Shown: positions 38,090 to 52,490 of the stretch, in pieces
Layout: each line of letters begins with the position of its first letter
Numbering within the stretch: position 1 is the first letter of the stretch
NCBI GenBank assembly: GCA_964057225.1
Contig: OZ059894.1
Coordinates: forward strand, 16,306,001-16,370,000
Source of the DNA: Auanema rhodensis
Taxonomy: Eukaryota; Animalia; Nematoda
DNA: 64,000 bases
Direction of reading: 5' to 3'
Program-made: the position numbers and the translations under genes
Notes under the pieces: generated by a model
What the model was told of the DNA's origin: nothing
The model's input: the letters and a program-made list of their open reading frames with translations, nothing else
Database searches by the model: none

Positions 38090-40751
38090 ATGATTCGGTC
38101 GGTCGAATACCATGATGTTGAATTACATACAACAGATAATGAAATGTATATCATTCATATTAAAGTTTTAAATTAAAATAATTTTAATTTAAAGATTTCA
38201 ATGGAGGGAAAGTGAAATAATTCGATTTATTCCATCACTTATAAATATATTACCAACAAAACGTGGACAGAAACGTATTCAATTATTACTAGATGTTCCA
38301 TTTGATTTATATATAGTAATATACATATACTTGATAAATATATTCATATATATATATATATGATTATATACATATAATATTATAATTTAGATGAAAATAT
38401 TAAAAGAATTTTCTCAAAAAGGATATATTAATGATCAATTATCATTTAGTGATTATGAATATATGTTGAAATCAATTCAACAATTTCCAAAACATGAAAT
38501 AAGAATGCTTGAAGTAAGTTGGATATAGATATTAGAATGTAAATGATAAAAATCATTTTAGGATCATATATTTTCAATTTTATATAAAGATATTTGTAAT
38601 ATGAATTGTATAGGTTTTTGGTTTCTAGCCATAAAATATGAAAATGAAGAATATATTAAAAAGGTAAAAAGAATATGAAGAAAATGACTAATATGTGTAA
38701 TTTTCGGCCAAAATCTTTATATTAGATAATATTTTTCGTGCTTGTGAAGATAAATCAATAGATTATCATTTTTACAGTAGGTAAGTACTATGAAATATAT
38801 TTTATTATTTTAATTATACGTAAATATTAGATTAACAAAAGAACAACTTGAGGATATTATATCAGATAATGAATTAAGTATAAATACAGAAGAAGATGTT
38901 ATATTAATTATATTAACATGGATTGGTATTATAATATATATATATATATAGTTAATATACAGTTAATTTATATATTCAGATGCAGTACCTTTAGAACGGA
39001 CAATTTATCTTAAACGTCTGATGAAACATGTAAGAAAAGATGGAATACGAAAGGTTATCTTTAGCTATTTTCAATTTATTAATAAATTTTTATTTAGAAA
39101 ATGAAAGAAATTGTATCAATGTTACAAACAATTCCTGTATCTGAAGTGATATTCAGTTCAGAACCGTCCAGACATTTCAAGGATAAGGTTCTAACTTGCA
39201 GAAGTTATCAAATGAATAATAACATCTTGTATATACAGTTATTGGTTTGTGGTGGGCATCAATACGATCCAGAAACATCTCAATATGGTCCAACAACTTT
39301 AATGGAAATGTATGATTTGGTTTGTTAATTTTATAATTTGAAAGTAAACTTATCTATATTTATAGATTAATAACCGTTGGATTAAACTAGATTCACAACT
39401 TCCCTATTCTATATCATATCATGCCGCTTTATATCTCAATGATGTATTAATTAATAATATAATATATGTTTATATATTGAATTTTAAATATTTTAATAGG
39501 ATTTATATATATTTGGTGGATCAAGTACTAAAGAAATAGCTTCTAAGAAAGGTGTCAAACTTCGAAATGGCATATGGTATCCAATAGCTGATTTGAATCA
39601 ACCAAGGTGATGTAAACTTTTTTAATTATGCATTACATTGGAAGTAACTAAAGAATATAATTGTGATCTGAACAAATTTAAGATTAAAAAAATGAAATTT
39701 ATAATATAAAATATATTTTTAGAAGTTATATCACAAATTCATGTTGTATATATAATCAGGAGTTATATGTAATAGGAGGACATAATGGACATAGACGGGA
39801 ACGTACCAATGAACTATTTGTATGTTATATATAATATAATATTAATTAAATATACTATATACTATATACTATATAATATATAATATATTTATTATTATTT
39901 ATAGGCAATTGCTAATACAAGATTGAAATCAGTTGAGAAGTATAATCCAGTGAAAGATGAATGGACATTTGTTAGGTAATATTTAACTTTTTTTTAAAAT
40001 CTAATATATTGAAAATATGTTTATTCTTATTATTATTATTTATATAATTATATACATGTAATATTTGAGTGAAATGAATTTTGGACGATCAGATGCTACG
40101 TGCTCAGTGCTAAATGATCGCATTTATGTTTTCGGAGGATTTGATGGAGTTAGGGTTAGATTTTTGAATTAATTTTTCGTATAATTAATATGTTTTAGAT
40201 ATTAGATACAATTGAAATGTATGTGCCATCGATTGATCACTGGACTATACTTGAACCACGTCTTCCCAGTCCTCGATCTGGTATTGAATGATGAAGCATT
40301 ATGTTGCATGTTGAAGTTATTCAGGCTTATCATCCGTAGTATATAACGATCATATAGTATTACTTGGTGGATCTGATGGACAAACACGTCATTCAACAAA
40401 CTTTAGCTTTTATCCAAAAAGTGAAAGTTGGACAATTGGTGATGATATGATATCAGCCCGGTATGCAATTGAAATATTTTTGTTAAACAATCATCTATTT
40501 AAGATCAAACTTTTCGGCTTGTAAGCTTGGAAAGAATATTGTGGTTGTTGGTGGATTCAGTCGTAATGTTCTACGTTATAGCGAATTGTAAGGATATTGA
40601 GTAATGAGTGTCAGCATATATTTTTTTAAATTTCAGTCTACATGAAGATCATTGGCAAGAAATAGCTAGTATACGAGCATCCAAGAGTGCTTTAGCTGCA
40701 GTAGTCATACCACATTCTGATGAAGCAAGTTTATTCAGTGTTAAGATATAA
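38090..40751 (+). CDS. BTB(degenerate)-BACK-Kelch repeat protein (KLHL10/KEL-10/SPE-26-like family); about 18 exons
   Basis: BACK segments NCIGFWFLAIKY...AKIFILDN and LTKEQLEDIISDNELSINTEEDVILIILTWI...YLKRLMKHVR. Kelch repeats LLVCGG, LYIFGG, LYVIGG...LKSVEKYNPVKDEW, RSDATCSVLNDRIYVFGGFDG, IVLLGGSDG and RSNFSAC...IVVVGG. Stop at 40749-40751. One intron needs a CG acceptor (38705-38706) and one a GAG acceptor (40067-40069). Confidence 0.88.
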
Positions 40752-43392
40752 CTTAACTTTTTATAAAAATAAATTTGAGGATAAAGAATAAAAATAAAAT
40801 ATTTTTTGCTTTTCATTGTTTTAAAATCTTTTATTTACTTTGTAAATTTAGAACTTTTAGTCATGTTGAGATGTTCAATGTATAGAATGATCTTATTTGA
40901 ATTTAATGTGAAATATGATATCTCATCTTCATCAAATTTTTATTTTATTTTTCAAATAAATAGAAATGATATAACTAATTATTACAATATTAACTATATC
41001 TATATAGTCTATCTACATATTATAGTTGTAATTTATCAATAAATAACAGTTGGTATTTATAAAAAGTTATTCAATTTTTATTTTTTCATAAAATAAATAA
41101 ATTTAAAGTAAAATTAAATTTAATATGAAGATAAGGATGCTGTATTGATGCTTATATGCTTAGCACTTCATCCATTCTTCACCTTCAAGACAGAAATTTG
41201 CCAATTACTGGAAAGAACTGAAGGCTTGTCAACTGGGTGTCTCGAAATTAATCTAAGTCAGAAAAGAATTGAAAAGAAATAAAAGGGTAGAAAGATCATC
41301 AATAAGCTTAGAAATGCTTCAAATGAACATAAAATGATTTTGTTTCTAATTCTAAGCGTTTCTATTATTTACGTTGTTGTTCATATAAGAGTCATGCAAA
41401 GTATTTTTCTTTACTTTTTTCTTCTTTTTCTCAATGAATATACATGTAGATGAGACATTAAGTCAATTTCAAATGAAATCTCTTCTGACAAGAAGCAGTG
41501 AACATGAAAATAGAACATTGTCTATTTAGAGAGTTGAAGATGTCAAACTCAAAGTACTTCCGACTACTTCTTTTCTCCATAATCATCACCGTCATCATCA
41601 TCAGCATCAGCATCTTCATCATCCTCGTGCTTTTCGCTTGTTCTTCTCTAGTATAGAAATATAGAAATTCTTCTATATGAGACTATGTTTCAAGTGTATG
41701 CTCTGAAATATTACTCAATTTACAAGCTTTATGGTTTTTCTTGTCTATAAAGTCCTCATCTTTCTTCAGCTTCATCGCCAGTTGAAGCCTTCGTATTTCT
41801 ATTTTTTGAATATAAATTTATGTTCTTCATTCATTTATCTTATCTCAATCATGTCATGTGTTCTCTTCTCTAATATCTTGACTATCTACAATTTCTTCGA
41901 AACTTCCGAGTTATTGGATATTTATAAGAAATTGGCACTTATAACTGACGTTCACCTCATTTTGAGCTTTAATTTATCTGTCAAATATATCTTATATGAG
42001 AATACAAATGCGAAGACGAATCAAGTCAATTTCTAGGAATGATCGAAGATCTGTTAGAAATGTTCTTCATCCTACGGTTTCCCGTTTTATTCTCTTTATT
42101 ACTTTGAAAAACCCACTTGTATTTTACTTTTTTTTGCAAAAAAAAATAAATAAACTAAAACCAAAACACATATTTCTTCTTTTTTTTTCTTTACTTTTTC
42201 TTTAATTCACCAAAATTGTTTTTGTATGTGTTTGTATACAACGTGGATTATATTTTTTTACGTGAAGATCACACTAAATGTGTTCCATTTACCAAAATTA
42301 GACATAGATAAACGGTTCTATTTCCATTGAATGCTTGCATCATCTTCTTTGCTATATCATCTTAATGCCACCCCCATTTCTCTATTTCTTTCTCTCTATC
42401 TTTGTTTCTCTGTAGCCTTCTCAGGGTTAGTCGCACTCTCATTTCTTACATCTGACACCGCTGCCATACATGGAAGTATCAGCTAGAACATGATGCTCTT
42501 ATACAATTTGTTGCATCTCCTTCTCTTTCTCCGTTTTCTCTTCGTTTTCTCTTCATCATCGTTCCTCTCCTCTCCACCAACTATTACTGCTCCTAACCCG
42601 AAATCGAGTTAAGCCGCATTTTCACGAGACCGTCTATATTGCTGAAGTGAGAAAGAAGAAAAGAGGAGAGTGAAGAGCAACTTAGGCATGTTTGAAGCAT
42701 GTTTTCACTTGTGTTATTCTGTTATATCTATAACATTCTATATGTATAACTTATACAATTTCACATATTCTATAATCTTTTCATAGTCATACCTATCTTA
42801 ATGATTATCAATTCAATTCTATTACTCAATTTACAGTTTATGATGAATCATATCAGACACATCGTAATAACGGCTCTTGTTCTCTCATTAACTTCTTAAA
42901 TCATACTTTGTCACTTATACCATATGAAGACGATAATGATGATGTCATATTTCAAACCAAAAAGTTCCAAATGTCCGACGAAGACTTTTTCTATTGAATT
43001 ATTCAGCAACAATCATCATCATTTTGTACTGCCTTATGTTGGCTGTTTCCTTTATTTCCCCTTTCATCTTCATAACTTTTATTTTTGTTTCAATTTAAAC
43101 CAAAAAAAAAGAAAAAATATTTAAATTTATGTAATAATACTATTTCATATAGTACATATAGTATATATTTGAATTCTAAAAAAAAAGCTGAATGATAGCG
43201 AAGACGCAAGAAGTTTAAAATAAGATTTTGAGTCCTTCCGCTCCTTAATGCCAATGCTTCCAGGCTCGAGAAAAAAGTTTTTTTTTAGTTGTAGATTCTT
43301 CAGTTCTATTTTCATCAAACTAAAAGTTTTTTGCTACAGAAAAATCTTTTTGAAAATCTTTCATTGTTCTCACGTAACCTCCTCCCTTACTT

Positions 43393-43428
<36 letters not shown>

Positions 43429-43999
43429 ACTCTCCCTCTCTTTTTCTCCTTATCTCTTTATCTATCTATTCGTATAAGTAAATCATTTTTTTAGTTTAAA
43501 TAATAATTTATTATAATCAAGACTAAAACCTAATTAGCACTGACATTAGAAGTACAGAGAAGTTCATCATTTTGATTTTCAAAGTTTTCATCTCATCTCA
43601 AATGCTGATATGTGGTGTTCGAGTTATCGTCCAGTTTAATCTTCTCGAATAATTTATCAAAATTTCCAGATGTCTAGATTAACATTGAAGTTTTTGTGTG
43701 AAAATATTCAGAATTTGAACTTTTCCTATCGTTTCTTCATCAATACAGATTTAACTTTTTTCCCAAATGTCTAAATATCTTAACTATTGTTGATGGGATG
43801 TAATTCTAAAATTTTCATCAAAAATCTCCATTTAAATTACAGTAATTTGAACCTTATAGCAGAAACTTCCGCTATATATATTATGTTTCACAACAAAACT
43901 TACATTGTCTTCATCTATCAGTGTTAGCTTATATAATTTTGATTCTCTCTTTCAATCTTAGGTTTCAGCTCTATCCACTACTATATTGCATTTCTGCAT

Positions 44000-44027
44000 T
44001 CTCTCTCTCTCTATATATATATATATA

Positions 44028-44083
<56 letters not shown>
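44000..44083. repeat. Compound (CT)n(TA)n(CT)n microsatellite
   Basis: Directly visible dinucleotide runs. Confidence 0.9.
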
Positions 44084-44084
<1 letters not shown>

Positions 44085-47000
44085 ACACATATACTATATT
44101 GACTATTTAGACTATATAACTTCTTATAATATTATTCATTGTCCGTCTCTTTGTCCGGCATTTATTCATAATTTGTCTCCAAATTCCCTTAGGATATAGC
44201 AGAGGTGAAAGATGAGTCAAACGAAGCCAAGTCGTTTGATGATGTTTCTGCTTACTAAACGTCTTGTACACTAAACCATATCAGTTATGCGTTGATTATA
44301 ATAAAAATATTCAACACATATACTTAAACCTTGAATTATTCTTAGAGCAAGTTTCAAACCATTATTCTTAATATTAATTTCTATAATTGTATAGTTAATA
44401 TATGTATATTATATGTCATAATTAAGTTATAATAATTATCAAAAAATAACAAACAAATTATATTTGAATTTTTAATTTTGTTTATTATATTTATTTCATA
44501 TTTCACAGATCTTTTTTAAAAAATATTTATTTTCAACAGGTTTCATGAATAGTTATCCTTCTTATATTCAAATCAAAAACATGATATTTCCCTATATATT
44601 TGTATATTTTTCAAGTTTATAATACATATATCATGCCAATACTTGAGTATTAGAGTTCTACTGAGATTTAAAGGAACGTGTTGTGTCCTGGAAGAGAGAA
44701 GCTTAGCTGTATTCCCCCTTGAGACCATATAAACCCTTCTTAGCTTGAGAATCTCAATTTCTTTTTGTGTGATAAAGCGTATTTTCTCCATCATCAGCTT
44801 ATCTCAATTTATACTTATGTTTAATATATTTTATTTTAAATTATTATAAATAGTATATTTATAATAAGTATATATTTATATTTATAGATATAGATATATG
44901 AATATGTCTATGTATACGGCCCCTATAGCAGAAGAATAGCTTCTTATTTCTTTCTTAATGCTCTTTCACTTCAAAAAAGCTAACCGACAATGATATGAAC
45001 ATCATAAATTTATTCTCTCTTATCGCTATATCTTGCTAAAAAAAACTTTAAAAAATGTATTGAAGAAGTGTTACTGAAAGGGAATTTGAAGGTTAGAGAG
45101 AATTTGAAAGAGAGACAGAGTGTGTGAGAGAGAGAATAAGACTATGCAACAAGCAGATACGAAATGAAAAAGAGAGAGAGAGAGAAAACATACGAAAAAG
45201 AAAGATTGAGAGTTAGTAAGATAGGCAACTAAGAACATGTCGTATTCGTGTGTACATACATATGGCATACATCCATGTCAGAAGACCGACAAAACGAACA
45301 GAAGCTGAAGATAGCTCTCTGCTATTTTGCGCTTATCTTCGTTTTAGGCTTTCTTCCTCATTTGTCTTTGTTACTACATCGCCAGCTCATTTTTCCAGTG
45401 GTAAAAGCTGAACAGAACGAAAAAACATAAGAACAGCTCAGAAGTGAAAAAGAGCATGGCTGTTTGAGCAAAGATAAGTTGAGCAAGTAGCTTAGATGAA
45501 CGGAACGTTGGTGGCGTTCAGAATGAGCAGGACGACGAACACCAGAGAATACATGATGCTACCTTCAGTGAGAAGAAACCTCAAAATTAGTTTCGTGGCA
45601 GAATTTGGGTAAAGTTTTGAGGAAACAACCTCTTTACAATGATTTGTGAGTGTTACTCTGCTTTGAAAACTTCTTTTGTTGTTCAATGTTTCTCTCCGAA
45701 TTCAAATTTTTAAAAAAGGCAACTTGTCAGCATTTCCGTTTTTGTATTCAACATTATAAGAGCTTTTCATTTTTTTACACGTATTCAGTGTTTATTATAT
45801 TAGCTATACGTATAGTTTACGGAATATTATTTTTTTACTTGAAAATACTTCGAAATTTTATGATTTTGAATTGATCATTCTCATATTTTCTAATTCTATT
45901 CATATCATTTGTAGCTGAAAAATTGGTTTCGTGATTGAATGCTCACGTTATGATTCAGTTCATCTTATTTTCATTTACATTAAAAATTTTCTATGAAGTA
46001 TATGAAACATCTCATAGAAATATTTTCTTTAACTATGCATAATGCATTATTATGAATGTTCATATATCTTTAACTATATACATATAATATATATATTTAT
46101 TGTTTTATATATGAATTTCGAGATTCATTCATGAATTGTTTTCATTTTTAATTTATTTTCAAATCTTTTCAAACGACTACATCACCATCACTTGAAATTC
46201 TTGCAAACAATACTAATTCCATTGACAGATGATCTGTCTTTTTGGTCAATTTTTCAACTTTAATTCAATCCACCTCTCTCCATTTTTTGGAAAATTCATT
46301 TTGATTGATGATACTACTTCAACGTTTCTTAGCTTTTGGTCTGTACGTTCTTAAATGCATTTTTTTTTGTTTGATAATTCTCAAATTTTTAAATATTTCA
46401 TGAATATATGTATATAGAACTATTTTTTTTTATTTTTTCTTCTTCAAATCTCTAAAATATTGCATGATAACCCTAAGTAATAGATGAAATACATTTTCTC
46501 TCTCTATTTCTTAAAGTGTTACCTACTCTTTGACACATTAACTTTTCATAACTTTCCACTTCATTGATGTCCTCTCAGTATTTTCTATTCATCTTATTTG
46601 TTTATTTATTTTGTTTTTCTTTTACAACATATTGTTGGTTTAACACACAAAAACAAAATCTTAAAAAAGAAAAAGAGAGAGAGAGAGCATAGTCTAATAC
46701 TTCCATTTGCCATCTTTTATTATCCAATAATTATACTTCTAAGCCACTAAGAAAAACCTTCGATCATTAAGAGGAAAGTCTTATCTATGTATTGGTCAAC
46801 TTCAAAATTAAATTTTTCATGTTTTTCTTGAATTGAAATAAAGAAAAAACTTGATCGAGTTAAGAAAAGAAATGGATATATAAGGTACGACTATTCTCTT
46901 TCTATTGACATCCACAAACTTCATTCATTTTTTGAGTTTTTACATAAAATCTTTAAAATAACAGAAGGTAATTATTGATAAATATTTCTTTTTCAAAACC

Positions 47001-48254
47001 TTATTTCACCGAATAATTTCAAAATAAGAAGATACTTGTGACAGACGGCCAAGTTGCTCGTCTTCCTAATTTATTGCCTTTTTCCTAACAGCCTATATTG
47101 AAAATTTGCCGTCAAAATCCTCTGGACATCGTCTAACTTGGCATCATCTTTGCCTGTTGAGCTTTTGCATTTTGCATACGAATACGTATCTTATTGAGAA
47201 ATTAAAAGAATTTCCCTTTCTTTCTTTTTTTTTTCAATTTCTAGCCCAATAAGCATTTTTCGTTTTCTTTTTTATCTTCGTTTACGTTATATTTCAGCAA
47301 AAAATTCTGTAATCAAATAAGTTGAAATGAATTCTAAAAGATAAATAATTCTAATAATACAATATACATATCTTTCTCATCTTTAATGAAACTTTTCGTC
47401 TAACCTGCAAAAAAACAAATGAAAATTAGTATTACAGTGTCTGTGTTGTTATGACAACAAGGAGAATATTCATTCATCTGAAGTTATGGATGATGATATA
47501 TGAACCATCAAATTGAAAAATCTTGTCAATCTTAACTAATTTTTTAAAAACTATACATCTATAGTTATATGTATAGTTATATATATATATGTATTGAAAG
47601 ATGATTTATAAAGTATATATTCTTGATATATTCATGTGATTATTCAATGCCAAATGAAAATTATTTTTATTTTAATCAGTGGAAAAAATCTGTTTATCAC
47701 ATAATCTCATGTTTTTTTCCTTCGTCAAGTAGTTTTGGAAGTTTCTCAAACTTGAACATAACTAGCTTACCTAGAAGTATTAGTATTATATATATATTCT
47801 TATTCTATATATCTATAAATATAATTTTATATAATTAAAACAAAAATAAAAATAGCAGCTTCATAAACCCAAAAAATGAAAATTTTTGTTTAAGAAAATA
47901 ACTGAGAAATAGTTTAGTTTGACATCTATGATATTTTAAATGTTTAATGATGTTTAATTAACTTTTCCTTTTTCCCTTTAAAACTTTTTTTTTCCACAAC
48001 TTCCAGCATTTCAACGTCATTTTATTTTATCCATTTTAGGCTTCCTTTTCTCGTTAGCATTTGGTTTTCTTTTTCAAATTTCATTTTTTTTATATAGAAT
48101 GGTTTCTTATTATTTTTTTTTGCATCACTCTTTTATATATGAAAAGATATAATGAAAAAAATGGCTGACAGCTCAGCCAATGTCTCTTTCATATAAAGTT
48201 ATATGATGAAGTTTGATTAAAAGAAACCAATATCAATACTAAACATATGTTATC

Positions 48255-48256
48255 CT

Positions 48257-48305
<49 letters not shown>

Positions 48306-48332
48306 CTATATATATAACTATATATATATATA
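48255..48332. repeat. (TA)n microsatellite with taacta interruptions
   Basis: Directly visible. Confidence 0.9.
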
Positions 48333-51300
48333 GTTATGTACTTACATATTGATATATTGATATTCAAATTTTCTCATAAAAGATTTCAGATTACTTCCAG
48401 ATTCACGAATAGAATTAGCTTGATTCATATAAGGCAGCATCAAGAAGTAGCCTATATCTATACATTGCTTTTTGAATTATTTTTGTTCTACTTTCCTCAA
48501 TACTTTCTAAGTTTTTATGTCATATTCTTCAAATTCTTTTAGTATTTATTTAGATTTTTTGCTGTTATTTTCCTTTTTTTGGAGACAAAGAATTAAAATC
48601 ATGAACTAATCGAAAAATTACTTGATCTCCTTTTTGTTTGTTTTTCGTTCATTTTCATTATATGAATTCAACATGTATTTATAAGAAGAAAAAAAAAAGA
48701 TTATCTGTTTCATTGTTTTTTTCGTTTCTTTGAAATATTACTCTTTTTCTCATTTATTTTTTGACTTCTCTCTATACACTGCAGATTTGGCAAGGAAAAA
48801 CTATAGAAAGCCGAGATCTTTGCCTCTTCACCTGCTCTTTTTCTCAGTTTTCTATTCAATTGGTAACCCTCTAAAGCTATGTTAGAGATAATGTAAGCAT
48901 ACGATAGAGAGATAAAAGAAGAGAGAGAAAGAGAGGGAAGGAGAATCTATGTGCTTGTGAGTGTGTGGAAAATAGGAGGAGAAAGAAATGAGGGTGTGAA
49001 TGTCGGAGAGTAAAAGAAATGCAAAAAATGCGATATAGAGGGAGAGGGAGAGCCTTAAGGCTGTATAAGATCTAGAAAACAACTTAGGTTTAATTATTTT
49101 TTTCGTTTCTCTTCTCTCATATCTTTCTTACTATTTCTTTTACTTTTTATACTTGTGCCTGGTATTTAGAACAGATACAGCAAGAGCCTTCGTTTAAAGC
49201 TTGAAAACTCTTTTTGGTCAAAAAAGAAGGCGAAGAAGAACTCGATGCTCCGACAATGTTTTTTTCGTTTGACCACAACACACAACTGTTCCATCTCTAA
49301 GGAACACATACAGACATATCATAATGGCTTCTCATTTTCTGACCATCAACTTACTCTTTTGTTTTCTAGTAAATAAAGTTAAAAAATAGTCCATATTTGA
49401 AGCAAAAAAAAGATATACTGACCTCTAGGTTATAGTTATGTAGCCTAACCAAAAAGCCTTGAAAGTTTCATCGTTCACATCATTCTTCTCTTCCTTGTCC
49501 AGGTTGTTAGAGCTCAATTGCAATGTGAAGTGAAGTGTGAACGAGCCACCAATCATGAGTTCTCCTACTATCCAGTATCTCCCCCCCTCCTCTTTTTGGG
49601 TTGGCTCCTCTCAGTTCTCAACGTCTTTTCTCTTACCAGATTTCTCCCTAGTTAAGTATTTTTATTCAATCCTCTCTTCTCTTTAAGCTTTAATATATGT
49701 CCTCGGAATACCTATGATCCTTTATTCTCTCCTGTTGTTTCTCTCTCTCTCTCTGTACTCTTTTTCTATTCCTCTCTCTCTCTTCATATCGTTATAAGGA
49801 GATCGGATAATAGCTGTAACCGGATGGTATTAAGTTCGCACCTATCGCACTCTTTTCAAACCTATAAAGCTTTTCCGTTTTATTGAGAAACTTTATTTCA
49901 TCTATTGAAAACTATATTTCTTTGCTCTTTCTAATACTTTATTATCAGTTAAAACTAATTTTATCATTTCCATTCCATTTTTCATAAAAATAGAAGTTTT
50001 TCTTCTTCCTTCACACGTACAGCTTCAATAATTTTCTTTATTTAATCTTCAAATTTTAAGAAGAATGAGGATTCATCACAATCATCATTGACAATCCCGT
50101 TGAATTTTTAAATTTTCTATTTCATCCTTCACAGAATTTCTGATTTTTTTCATGTAAATTCTGAACTTTTTTCATTATGTAGCTAACAAAAAGTTTTTTT
50201 CATCTTCTGTTTTGACTTTAACAAAAAGGAAAAAAAATTTTATAAGATTAATATTATATAAAAGATTTGATGATTATAACATTGAATATAAAATAATATA
50301 AATAGAATAAATGTATTGTTCTTCCTTATGAAAATGAAAAAAACTTTTTTTTTCTTCTCCTTAGCCTTATTTTTCTGCTCATCTCGACATACCACATAGT
50401 ATATCTCATTTGACTGAATTTTAAATTTTCCTTCTTCTTCTTCTTTTTCTTCTTTTTCTTCTTTTTTTTTAATAAAACATTAAAAATATCCACATAAGTT
50501 ATTTATAATTATAATATTTTATATTTTTTTAATAATTATTTTAAAAAAAAACTTTTTTTTCCTCTTCTTTTCTCCAATAATTCAGTACAATTTCCAAGAA
50601 TTTATGTTTACTTATTGAATACTTGAAAATGAATTTTCATCCAAACCACATCTTATTTGAATTCAAAAATTATTTCGAATATTGAAAACGTGAGAATCGG
50701 TTGTTCCTATATCCTATGTACATACATATATTCATCAACTGATACTGTCCAGTCATATGAAACCATAACTAATTCATAATTTCTTTTAAAATTTTCCTTT
50801 TAAAAGATCTTCCATATTGAAGAGCTTTTTTCATCATTTTTTTTGCCAAATATCAAGAGAATAATCATTGATGATGTTCATTTTCCCGAAAAATTCGACC
50901 CGGCATTCGGCATCAGCAGCAATAGCAACATCATCATCATGAGCAATAGCTGCAGAATAATCTCCATGTGGTCCTAGACTTCATGAACTTAATTAAGTAT
51001 TCAATTCATCTCATTCTATACTTCATCTATTTCAACACAAACTTTTCAATGTTTTAGTTTTGTGGATGACTGAATTACTTTTTAATTTGATATTTTCATT
51101 ATAACGATTATCTCTATATTTTATTTGAAAATTATGTTGTTTTTTTTTGTTTCCAAACTTTCTTATAATTTTTTTTTGGAATTTTATTATCAAATAAATG
51201 AATAAAAAAACAAACTTTTATACTCATTCTTCTGATCTATATAAATACATATACTATATAGTATATTTTCCGTATATTCTTCTTAAAAGCTATATTTGTA

Positions 51301-52490
51301 TGTTAGATTAATCAATCTTAGAACATTGCTCTTCCTTTTGAATATTTTGGTGGTTGTCAAGGCACTTTAAGCCGATTACATGACGGATTTCTTCTATTAT
51401 AACATGATATTGATGTCTATTTGTAATTATATTTCTCTGTTGAATCCAAAAAATCCCATAGAAGTAGTTATCACCATCATCATCATCTACATGAAAAGCT
51501 TATCAAGCATCTATTTCAATAGTATCCCATAACTAAACTATAATCTCAATTCTGATGTTTGTGAATAACCAAACAAATCAGCCAATTTACCTTTGTATAC
51601 TCTTGTCGGCTGAAAACAGCTGATACAAATCCGAACGGCTATCATGCTTTCATTCAGGCGTCAAGTGCTCGAACTGAATCTCAAATAGCTATTCTATCCT
51701 TCTTCAAATTTCTTTTCTGATATTGTCATCTATGTAAATGCCGTCTGCCCGTCTAATGCCATGTATTATTCGTAAAAGTTAAAGCAATAAATATAATTGA
51801 CAATAAATGACAAAATAAAAAAAAAGAAAAGTTCTAACTAACCATATAGAACAAGAAAATTTGTGAATTTTTGAAAGTTTCAATATGTTTAATTGTCTTT
51901 TCTGACTTCATTCAATGACTCCCTCGTGGTTGATTTTGTCCGATACGGCCACCCTTCTCTTAACTCTCATCCTGGCAGTCTTTTGTCGAGAATTCTGTTT
52001 CAAATTCTAATTTCTAAGCATATTTTCTTTTTTTTTTCATTTCTTCTTGGAAATAAAATAAAATATTATTATATAGTTTATTATAATCAATATTTATTTG
52101 AATTTTAAATTAACACGACTTTAAGTATATCAAGAAATATAAGACGATTCAAAGTATTATATGGTGATATGTGTAAAGTGAAAATCTCTCTCTATCTCTC
52201 TCTTATTATAAATCTAAAATCTAAAAATTATAAATAAGAAAATAAATAAAAGTTTTTTTTATATTTCTTTGTTTTTAAGAAAATAATTTTCTAAATATTG
52301 TTTCATGTTTGTCTTAAAGTTGTTTTCTTCCTGAAAATTTGTAATTGCTTTATTCTGTTTATTTTTTATTTTTTTTTGAAATCAAAAATCACTTAGTTAT
52401 ACTCGTGAATCTTCCAAGTATTTTTGAAATATTTCTTCCGTTTTTTTTTTTAAATTTTATGTTTTTTCTCAGACAAATGTGAAAAGAAGC

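Noticed and set aside
43605-43662. Possible miR-50/62/90-type hairpin (tgatatgt seed)
   Set aside because: Arm pairing is poor and short, and the sequence after the seed does not match the family members I recall.
43248-44199. ORFs rich in SLSLSL and YIYI
   Set aside because: Translations of CT and TA microsatellites.
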